Part shown: positions 24,434-31,808 of the stretch, piece after piece
Layout: each line of letters opens with the position of its first letter
How positions within the stretch are numbered: position 1 is the first letter of the stretch
Assembly: GCA_024400755.1 (NCBI GenBank)
Contig: JAKSMG010000006.1
Span: 17,361 to 81,360, forward strand
DNA length: 64,000 bases
DNA from: Bacteroidales bacterium
GTDB lineage: Bacteria; Bacteroidota; Bacteroidia; Bacteroidales; WCHB1-69
Reading direction: 5' to 3'
Translations under genes and position numbers: made by a program
The notes under the pieces: generated by a model
Databases searched by the model: none
The model's input: only the letters and a program-made list of their open reading frames with translations
What the model was told of the DNA's origin: nothing

Positions 24434-26674
24434 ATGCGCCTCATCATAGAAGAACACCGGTATCCCGTTGACAAGGTCAAAGATGTCCTTGACGGCATCT
24501 CCACATTGCGTGATGTGGATGGGCTGGTCAGCGTCAATTATGTGGGCTATTACTACAATCCCACATTGAAGGATTGTGTGTTTATTCTTCCCAAAGTGTT
24601 GCTTGATGAGAGTGAAAAGGTGTTCGGGCATTGCTCTCCGGAAGATATCATTGATCTTGAAAATCAAGATTGCCTTACACAAGAAGAACACGACTTCATA
24701 TATGAATTGTCCGTTTGGATTTATCGCGCTATCGTGGTTTATCAGGATAGCAAGCCGCAGAACAATATCGTACTGAAACAGAATGTCCAGCAAATGGCCA
24801 AAGGCCGGTTGCGTCAGTGCAATACGTTTTTGGACATCCTTTTGGCTATGCTGAAGTTCAACCGCGAGAACCAGGATTTCTTCTTCTTTATTTTGCGGAA
24901 TATCCATTCCGGATACAACAAAATCAATTGGACACGGACCATCAGCCACACATCAGCCATTGTACAGGACAACTCTCCGGTGTATCTGAATCCTGTCAAC
25001 AAGAAACGACAAATCAACTTTGATGAAGAATTGCTGATTATCTTTTTTTCCATCCTGAACTACATCAATGAACAATATGGCTTTCCTGTGCAGATTAATG
25101 TGAATTTTCCTTTGATCAAGGGTGAAATGTTTGAGCATTATCGCAAGGAAATGGGCAAGGCAAAGCTGATGCAAATCAAATACAAGTATTTCTCCGATAA
25201 AGCTCTTTATCTATGGGAACTTTGCTATGCTTTCTTTGACCAGAGCAAGAAGATCAATGTGGAGACGGACGACAAAGAATATCTGTTGGTAAAGAATTTC
25301 AACATTGTATTTGAAGCCATTATTGACGAATTGATAGGAGCGCCTGAATCCGAGACACCAAGTGGATTGAAAGACCAGGGAGATGGAAAACGCGTTGACC
25401 ACATTTACCAGTACAAAGACTTGATTCACAACGAAGAGGACAAGCCCGTTTATTATATCGGCGATTCCAAATATTATAAGCGGGGTGCTCCTATTGGAGA
25501 AAATTCCGTTTATAAACAATTCACGTACGCCCGCAATGTGATTCAGTGGAATCTGGATCTCTTCAATGATTCGCAAGTAACGGAACTCAACGGACATATC
25601 AAGTTGCGTGACGATGTTACCGAAGGTTACAATGTGATTCCTAATTTCTTTATTTCTGCCCAGCAGAATACATTGGGACGCTCTTTCGATATCCAACAGA
25701 CGACGAATGAACAGAAATACTACCAGTCCAAGCAATTCGATAACCGATTGTTTGACAGGGATACTTTCCTTATTGCGCATTACGATGTGAATTTCTTATT
25801 TGTGGTCGCTCTGTACGGACGGAACAATAAAGGTGAAAAGTCAGCTTGGAAAGAGAAAGTGCGTGGAATGTTCCGCCGCGAAATACAGGCTATGTTGGAG
25901 CAGAACTTTAACTTCTACGCCATTACCGCCAAAGAGGGTGTCAATGCGGCCGCCTATATAGATGATCATTTTCAGGAATTATTGGGAAAGATTTTCACTC
26001 CGTATCCGGACAGGGAAGGACAGAAGTATTTTTCTGTTGCATTGGATAACCGAGAAAATTTTTCTGAAGCTAACGAGACCTTATTGAATCAACTAAAGGA
26101 AAACTTTTATGTTGAGCAATGTGAACATATATCTGATGATCCTAAAGCATTGCTTCCAGAAGTCGCACCATTTGTTCAACAGATGGCCGTACCTTCCAAT
26201 TTCCTTACATATCATTATCTGGAAAAATATGCCGATAAATTGATTCTCATTGGTTGCTATCACAACCAGGCACATTTGAATTGGATTTTAGGCAACAACG
26301 ACAAAGGAACGCTTATCTATAATGTCCGCTTGGATAAGAGTCGCCCAGGTGCACAGAAAATAACACAGTTGTCAAACAATGTCGCTTGTTTTGTCATTCT
26401 TTACGAACAAGCTCATGAGCACGAAAACAAATACCGTGTATTCCACGTTCACCATCATGCCACGATGACGGAAGAAAGAATGCGCAAGGCGCGTTATCCA
26501 GAGCCACAAGGCAAGTACTTCTGTTATGTTTTCGACGAGGAGGTAACATTGGGAAATCTTGACATAGCAGCATTGATTGCCAATGAGCAAAGAACAAATA
26601 CGGATTTTATTCAGGGTTCCCCAATTTTCAAGACTGGCAAAGAATTGATTAAATATAGAAAACACAACACTTGA
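24434..26674 (+). CDS. McrC / LlaJI-R2-like restriction endonuclease subunit with a long C-terminal extension
   Basis: McrC-like N-terminus (VNYVGYYYNP...CVFILPKVLL). PD-(D/E)xK core RVDHIY ... YYIGDSKYYK. It is paired in the operon with a McrB-like gene and two m5C MTases. Confidence 0.65.
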   Translation: MRLIIEEHRYPVDKVKDVLDGISTLRDVDGLVSVNYVGYYYNPTLKDCVFILPKVLLDESEKVFGHCSPEDIIDLENQDCLTQEEHDFIYELSVWIYRAIVVYQDSKPQNNIVLKQNVQQMAKGRLRQCNTFLDILLAMLKFNRENQDFFFFILRNIHSGYNKINWTRTISHTSAIVQDNSPVYLNPVNKKRQINFDEELLIIFFSILNYINEQYGFPVQINVNFPLIKGEMFEHYRKEMGKAKLMQIKYKYFSDKALYLWELCYAFFDQSKKINVETDDKEYLLVKNFNIVFEAIIDELIGAPESETPSGLKDQGDGKRVDHIYQYKDLIHNEEDKPVYYIGDSKYYKRGAPIGENSVYKQFTYARNVIQWNLDLFNDSQVTELNGHIKLRDDVTEGYNVIPNFFISAQQNTLGRSFDIQQTTNEQKYYQSKQFDNRLFDRDTFLIAHYDVNFLFVVALYGRNNKGEKSAWKEKVRGMFRREIQAMLEQNFNFYAITAKEGVNAAAYIDDHFQELLGKIFTPYPDREGQKYFSVALDNRENFSEANETLLNQLKENFYVEQCEHISDDPKALLPEVAPFVQQMAVPSNFLTYHYLEKYADKLILIGCYHNQAHLNWILGNNDKGTLIYNVRLDKSRPGAQKITQLSNNVACFVILYEQAHEHENKYRVFHVHHHATMTEERMRKARYPEPQGKYFCYVFDEEVTLGNLDIAALIANEQRTNTDFIQGSPIFKTGKELIKYRKHNT

Positions 26675-26769
26675 TAACAAGCTTGTTGTCAAATTCAGCA
26701 GAGGATAATGTCTGTTTGGAAGCCTTATTAACACTATAAACAACTCAAAACATAATCCATACCCCTTCT

Positions 26770-26994
26770 ATGTCTCACACCCTAACCCTCACGTGCCCGC
26801 ATTGCGGACATACGTTTGAAAGAACCTACGGCGTGAATGTCGTGGGGCAGGCAACCCTCTACTGCAACAAATGCGGAAAATCCCATTTCGTTGACCTTAG
26901 TCTGGGATGGGAACCGCTGCCCGACTGCGAATGCGGCGGATCCTTCGATGCCGACGCTAAAGGCCGCTGCCCGAAATGCGATAATATTTTGTGA
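26770..26994 (+). CDS. small zinc-ribbon protein (four CxxC-type pairs)
   Basis: CPHC, CNKC, CEC and CPKC spacing in 74 aa. The gene is GC-rich relative to the island. Confidence 0.5.
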   Translation: MSHTLTLTCPHCGHTFERTYGVNVVGQATLYCNKCGKSHFVDLSLGWEPLPDCECGGSFDADAKGRCPKCDNIL

Positions 26995-27046
26995 CGATTT
27001 CTACACCGAGCGCTGGGCCACCAGCCACGCAGAACTCAAGAACTGA
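26993..27046 (+). pseudogene. 17-codon remnant or frameshifted tail homologous to the C-terminus of the 28403-28819 gene
   Basis: The shifted frame reads DDFYTERWATSHAELKN*, compared with YYDFYTERWANRHAGLK* at 28766-28819. Confidence 0.4.
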
Positions 27047-27195
27047 CATGGACTGGATATTTCAGCCGAGAGGCGCTCTTTTTTGTTGTGTTCGTAAGCA
27101 ATTTATTGCTTTTTTTGAGTAAATTTGCGACCTTGAAAATTTCGTTTCAAGATATACTTTTTACTTGAAATTAAGAAACTTATCAATTATTAACC

Positions 27196-27330
27196 ATGAC
27201 GAAAAAACAAGAAATCCAACTTTTTGAAGAGAAAAAAGTTCGCACCGTTTGGGATTCTGAGACCGAACAATGGTACTTATGTGTGGTAGATATCGTATCG
27301 GTTTTGACGAAGCAGCAAGATGTTCTATAA
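27196..27330 (+). pseudogene. truncated 44-codon ORF (N-terminal fragment of a larger conserved protein)
   Basis: MTKKQEIQLFEEKKVRTVWDSETEQWYLCVVDIVSVLTKQQDVL*. A TAAATTTG promoter motif lies at about 27122, and the ORF ends abruptly before the RhuM gene. Confidence 0.35.
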
Positions 27331-27384
27331 GACCAGTCTAGCGCATGTTTTTAGAAGAATATCAATAAAAACAAAATTGTGATT

Positions 27385-28377
27385 ATGGACAATGATATTG
27401 TAATTTATCAATCTGAGGATGGTCAAACCAAGATCGACGTAAGGTTTGAGAATGAAACCGTTTGGCTCACGCAGCAACAGATGGCCGAACTCTTTCAAAC
27501 TTCAAGAACTAATGTGGTGGAACATATCCAACATATTTATGAAGAAGGTGAGCTAGAGCAAAGTTCAACCTGTCGGAATTTCCGACAGGTTCGTCAGGAA
27601 GGGAACCGTAGAGTGGAACGTGATATGGTTGCCTATAATTTGGATATGATTATTTCTCTGGGATACCGAGTAAAATCCATTATTGCAACACATTTCAGAC
27701 GCTGGGCAACTGAGCACCTCAAAGAATATCTTGTGAAAGGTTTTACGATGGATGATGAGCGGCTGAAGAACATTGGTGGCGGCGGTTACTGGAAAGAACT
27801 GTTGGACCGTATTCGCGACATCCGCTCTTCTGAAAAAGTCCTATATCGACAAGTGCTTGATTTATATGCTACCAGTGTGGATTATAATCCCCATAGCAGT
27901 ACTTCGATAGAATTCTTCAAAATTGTACAAAATAAGTTGCATTATGCCGCACATGGACATACCGCAGCAGAAGTTATTTACAAACGTGCCGATGCCCAAA
28001 AACCATTTATGGGATTGACCTCTTTTGCTGGTGAAATACCAACTAAAAAGGATATTGGAATTGCCAAGAATTATTTGAATGAAAAAGAACTCAAAATACT
28101 GAACAATTTGGTTTCCGGTTACTTTGATTTTGCGGAAATTCAAGCTATTGAGCACAAACCAATGTATATGAGTGACTATATTCTCCAATTGGACAATATT
28201 CTTTCATCAGGAAATAGAAAGTTATTGGTTGATTCTGGATTCGTTAGTCATCAGGAAGCATTAGAAAAAGCTGAAACTGAATATCGCAAATATCAGCAAC
28301 AGACTCTATCGCCTGTTGAAAAAGCATATTTGGAAACCATTAAGCAATTGGCTGAAAAAAGTTTAGACAAAAAATAA
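27385..28377 (+). CDS. RhuM-family protein
   Basis: N-terminus IVIYQSEDGQTKIDVRFENETVWLTQQQMAELFQTSRTNVVEHIQHIYEEGEL is characteristic of the RhuM family. The ATG at 27385 is preferred over the GTG at 27379. Confidence 0.8.
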   Translation: MDNDIVIYQSEDGQTKIDVRFENETVWLTQQQMAELFQTSRTNVVEHIQHIYEEGELEQSSTCRNFRQVRQEGNRRVERDMVAYNLDMIISLGYRVKSIIATHFRRWATEHLKEYLVKGFTMDDERLKNIGGGGYWKELLDRIRDIRSSEKVLYRQVLDLYATSVDYNPHSSTSIEFFKIVQNKLHYAAHGHTAAEVIYKRADAQKPFMGLTSFAGEIPTKKDIGIAKNYLNEKELKILNNLVSGYFDFAEIQAIEHKPMYMSDYILQLDNILSSGNRKLLVDSGFVSHQEALEKAETEYRKYQQQTLSPVEKAYLETIKQLAEKSLDKK

Positions 28378-28402
28378 CCGTTATGATTCTCATCTTTGAA
28401 GA

Positions 28403-28819
28403 ATGTTATTAATGCTGAAACGAATCTCCTACCTTCTCTTCCCCCTCACTTTCCTTTGGCAGCTGCCGCAAAATCTGGTGGCGCTGGGGGTGCTGCTGTG
28501 CTCGAAGAATGTCCGCAAGATTGACTTTCGGCACGGGTGCTTCGTGCTGTCTGCTAACTTGCCTAAGGGTGCGGGTGGCCTCTCGCTCGGCAACTTCGCC
28601 TTCGTGTGTCCAGAACTTGTTCACGATGAACATACCATCCGCCACGAGGCCGACGGCCATACCGTCGATTCCCTCATCTTCGGACCGCTTTACCTGCTCG
28701 TTATCGGCTTGCCCTCCGTGCTGCACCTGCTCTGGTACAACCGCAAACGTCCCGCCGGCAAATCGTACTACGACTTCTACACCGAACGTTGGGCGAATCG
28801 ACACGCGGGCTTGAAATAA
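28403..28819 (+). CDS. hypothetical small membrane protein
   Basis: 138 aa with 2-3 hydrophobic segments. It is GC-rich, and I recognise no family for it. Confidence 0.45.
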   Translation: MLLMLKRISYLLFPLTFLWQLPQNLVALGVLLCSKNVRKIDFRHGCFVLSANLPKGAGGLSLGNFAFVCPELVHDEHTIRHEADGHTVDSLIFGPLYLLVIGLPSVLHLLWYNRKRPAGKSYYDFYTERWANRHAGLK

Positions 28820-28825
28820 TCCACG

Positions 28826-29671
28826 CTACTTTTCAGGAAATTTCCTCATCACGCCGTTGTGCGGTAAGTGCATACCCGCTACAGTGAGTTGCTGCTCTTG
28901 AATATACTGATAAACGTTTTGCCGTGTTTTAATGGCTTGATCTTTGTCTTGGTCATATCTGGCGCAAAATTCGGGGTGCGGAATCTGCAGTGCTGCGGCG
29001 TGAATCACGTCACCGATAATCAGTATTTTGCCGATTTGATACATACTGTGGCCCGGGGTGTGGCCTGGTGCCGGAATGGTCACGATGCCGTCCAAAATAA
29101 CGGCATTGTCGGCAAAGGCGTGTGTGTGATTCTGATAAGCTTCTACGATGGATTGGACATTTTCATCATCCTTAAATGCCGATAATTCCTTGGCAGAACA
29201 ATAAATTTCCGCATTTGGGAAGGTGGGCTGCCCATTCGTCAATAGACCGCCAATGTGGTCAAAATGGAAATGGGTGAGGCAGACTGCCTTGATGTCGCTT
29301 TCGTTGACGTCGATTTCGTGTAATTTTTCAATCATCGCACCTCCATTATCGGCTCCAACGCCTGCGTCAAAAAGGATGTATTGCCCGTTTTGCTTCACCA
29401 AAAAGGCATTGATGGCGGCATCGGCTTCACCCGTGGGTACCAAATCCTTGACAACAGCGGGGTCGGCATCGGCAAATAAGTCCATTGACATCGTGTTGAC
29501 TTTGTCCTGCAACGTCCAAAGTTCAACATCATCAAATTGAAAATGATATTCATCATTGACGTTTGTGCTGTCAATGGCTGCTTCTGCATTGTCGTCCTTG
29601 TTGTCAGTTTTGGGTTGGCAGGCCGTAAGACTGATGATAATCGCGAAAATAATAAGATTTAATTTTTTCAT
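28826..29671 (-). CDS. MBL-fold metallo-hydrolase lipoprotein
   Basis: HFHFDHIGG zinc motif. Lipoprotein signal (IISLTAC). Confidence 0.85.
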   Translation of the reverse strand: MKKLNLIIFAIIISLTACQPKTDNKDDNAEAAIDSTNVNDEYHFQFDDVELWTLQDKVNTMSMDLFADADPAVVKDLVPTGEADAAINAFLVKQNGQYILFDAGVGADNGGAMIEKLHEIDVNESDIKAVCLTHFHFDHIGGLLTNGQPTFPNAEIYCSAKELSAFKDDENVQSIVEAYQNHTHAFADNAVILDGIVTIPAPGHTPGHSMYQIGKILIIGDVIHAAALQIPHPEFCARYDQDKDQAIKTRQNVYQYIQEQQLTVAGMHLPHNGVMRKFPEK

Positions 29672-29708
29672 ACCTCATAAATTTGATGCAAAAATACATT
29701 TAATTTCT

Positions 29709-29928
29709 GGATTATCCCGTTTAATTTTGTTGAGATTCCGATGTTCCCTCCTTACGTCGGAAACATCGGAATGGCGACATACATTGTGGACGTGATGGCG
29801 GCGGCACAAAATAGGAAGTTAATGCACGTATGGGATGCCGCCGCCACTTCTTGCCCAACGACTCATCGCCATTCCGACGGAGCATAGCGAAGTCGGAATC
29901 TCTATACAAGACTAAAAGGGATAATTCC
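29709..29928. mobile_element. MITE-like structured intergenic repeat, copy A
   Basis: Imperfect terminal inverted repeats GGATTATCCCGTTTAATTTTGTTGAGATTCCGA / TCGGAATCTCTATACAAGACTAAAAGGGATAATTCC. There are three internal perfect hairpins of 10, 11 and 8 bp. About 80 nt are shared with 38728-38889. Confidence 0.55.
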
Positions 29929-29936
29929 GTTTAATT

Positions 29937-30368
29937 TTACAAAACAATGCAGGCAATCATCCATCTTTCCGGCAATCCGTCAAAATACCACAATTTTTCA
30001 CCCCATTGGTCTTTTTGGCGAATGTAGTTGCCGTCAATGTAAAACAAAACGGTTCCCCACTGGTCCTTTTGCCTAATTTTGTTGCCGTCGAAATACAGCA
30101 GTTTCTCGCCCCACTGGTCTTTCAATCTGACGGTGTTGCCGTCCATATACAGGAGTTTTTCGCCCCACTGGTCTTTGTGCCGGATGGTTTTCCCATCAAA
30201 ATAAACCAATTTTTGCCCCCATTGGTCTTTCTGTCTAATTATTTGATTGTCAATATAATATAATTTTGTTCCCCATTGATCTTTTTGGCGAACGGTAATT
30301 TGTGCCGTCAGAGGGAATAATGTTGTTGCGAAAATAAGCAGAATGAAAATTTGTTTGATTGTTTTCAT
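29937..30368 (-). CDS. secreted protein with six tandem 18-aa KDQWG repeats
   Basis: A signal peptide is followed by six copies of (I/V)RxKDQWGxKLxYxDGxx. Confidence 0.7.
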   Translation of the reverse strand: MKTIKQIFILLIFATTLFPLTAQITVRQKDQWGTKLYYIDNQIIRQKDQWGQKLVYFDGKTIRHKDQWGEKLLYMDGNTVRLKDQWGEKLLYFDGNKIRQKDQWGTVLFYIDGNYIRQKDQWGEKLWYFDGLPERWMIACIVL

Positions 30369-30388
30369 AGGATGAATATTTTGTTGGA

Positions 30389-31273
30389 TTATTTTCTTGG
30401 GTGAAACTCGGCAATGACGCTTTTGATGTATTCGCGGTCGAGATGGGTGTAAATTTCGGTGGTGGTGATGCTTTCGTGACCGAGCATTTCCTGTACGGCG
30501 CGCAGGTCGGCACCGCCTTCCACTAAATGCGTGGCGAACGAGTGCCTAAAGGTATGCGGACTGATGGTTTTGGTGACGCCGGCCTCTTCCGCTGCTTTTT
30601 TAATCATCATAAAGATCATTTCCCTGGTAAGTCGTGCGCCGCGGCGGTTGAGGAAAACGAAGTCCTCTTCGCCCTTTTTGATTTTCAGTTGCTGCCGCTG
30701 CCCTTCCACGTATAAAGTGATGGCATGTTGGGCGGTTTGTCCAATGGGAACCAAGCGCTCTTTGTCGCCTTTCCCAATGATGCGGATATAGTTGTCTCTA
30801 AAATAAAGATTTGATAATCTGAGATTTACCACCTCGCTGACTCGCAATCCGCAACCATACATCACTTCGATGATGGCTTTGTTGCGGTGTCCTTCCGTAG
30901 TGCTGAGGTCAATGGTGTTGATGATGGCTTCTATTTCGGGCAGCGACAATACTTCGGGCAGGTGGCGGCCTATTTTGGGAGCGTCCAACAATTCTGTCGG
31001 GTCGTGCGTGATATGATGTTCGAAAAGTAGAAAATGGTAGAATGATTTCAGTCCGGAGATGATGCGTGCCTGGCTTCGCGCCGACATCTTATCATCATAT
31101 AATGAAGCCATAAAATCTTGTAAATCTTCTAATTGTACTTCTTCAAGTTTTTTTCTTCCTGCCAAAAAATCGTTTAATTTTTCAATGTCATGCAGGTATG
31201 CCTCCACTGTTTTGGGCGACAACGACCGCTCTAACTTGATGTATTGTTTGTATAGAAGAATACAGCTTTCCAT
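30389..31273 (-). CDS. xerD: site-specific tyrosine recombinase XerD
   Basis: Phage-integrase SAM-like N domain. Catalytic region with HTFRHSFATHL and LGHESITTTEIYTH. The internal Met (MESCILLYKQY) is taken as the start. Confidence 0.85.
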   Translation of the reverse strand: MESCILLYKQYIKLERSLSPKTVEAYLHDIEKLNDFLAGRKKLEEVQLEDLQDFMASLYDDKMSARSQARIISGLKSFYHFLLFEHHITHDPTELLDAPKIGRHLPEVLSLPEIEAIINTIDLSTTEGHRNKAIIEVMYGCGLRVSEVVNLRLSNLYFRDNYIRIIGKGDKERLVPIGQTAQHAITLYVEGQRQQLKIKKGEEDFVFLNRRGARLTREMIFMMIKKAAEEAGVTKTISPHTFRHSFATHLVEGGADLRAVQEMLGHESITTTEIYTHLDREYIKSVIAEFHPRK

Positions 31274-31277
31274 AGTG

Positions 31278-31799
31278 TTACCAGATGCAGGCGTCGGCTT
31301 CAAACCAGCGGCCTTGTGCTTTCAGCGTTTGTTCAATCACGTCGCGTGCCGCTCCTTGTCCACCGTTTTGGAAAGAAATGTAGTCCACGATGTCCTTGAT
31401 TTCCTGTGATGCGTCGGCAGGGCAGCACTTGATGGCGCAGCGGCGCATGATTTCGTAGTCCGGAATATCGTCACCCATCATCAGAATTTCCTTTTCCGTG
31501 ATGCCGTGCTTGGCCATATATTCCTCAAAAACCTTCGTTTTGTCGTGCACGCTGAGGTAGATTTCCATACCAGGGAAGTTTTTGTATCGCAGCCGCATGG
31601 ATTCAGAAATTCCACCTGAAATGATGGCCACACGATAGCCTTTTTTAAGGGCGTACTGTAAGGCGTAACCATCCTTGACGCCCGTGGCCCTGATTTGTTC
31701 GCCATCAGGCAAAACCCATATTTTCCCGTCCGAAAGCACCCCGTCAAAATCAAAGATGAAGGTGGTGATATCTTTTAGTTTTTCACGAAAATTTTTCAT
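31278..31799 (-). CDS. kdsC: KDO 8-phosphate phosphatase (HAD, YrbI family)
   Basis: FDFDGVLSDG HAD motif I. Size and the GDDIPD motif also fit. Confidence 0.8.
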   Translation of the reverse strand: MKNFREKLKDITTFIFDFDGVLSDGKIWVLPDGEQIRATGVKDGYALQYALKKGYRVAIISGGISESMRLRYKNFPGMEIYLSVHDKTKVFEEYMAKHGITEKEILMMGDDIPDYEIMRRCAIKCCPADASQEIKDIVDYISFQNGGQGAARDVIEQTLKAQGRWFEADACIW

Positions 31800-31808
31800 A
31801 TTGACTGA

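Noticed and set aside
26671-26692. 22-nt near-perfect palindrome TTGATAACAAGCTTGTTGTCAA at the stop codon of the McrC-like gene, considered as an intrinsic terminator.
   Set aside because: No T-run follows it. It may still pause or terminate transcription or act as a protein-binding site, but I cannot support a terminator call.
28403-28819. HEADGH in the 138-aa membrane protein as a zinc-metalloprotease HExxH site.
   Set aside because: The spacing is HExxxH, not HExxH, and nothing else supports a protease fold.
30389-31273. Tyrosine recombinase as the integrase of the defence island.
   Set aside because: Its sequence and context (next to kdsC, protease and aro genes, 1.6 kb beyond the island edge, and separated from it by an MBL hydrolase and a repeat protein) fit housekeeping XerD, not an island integrase.
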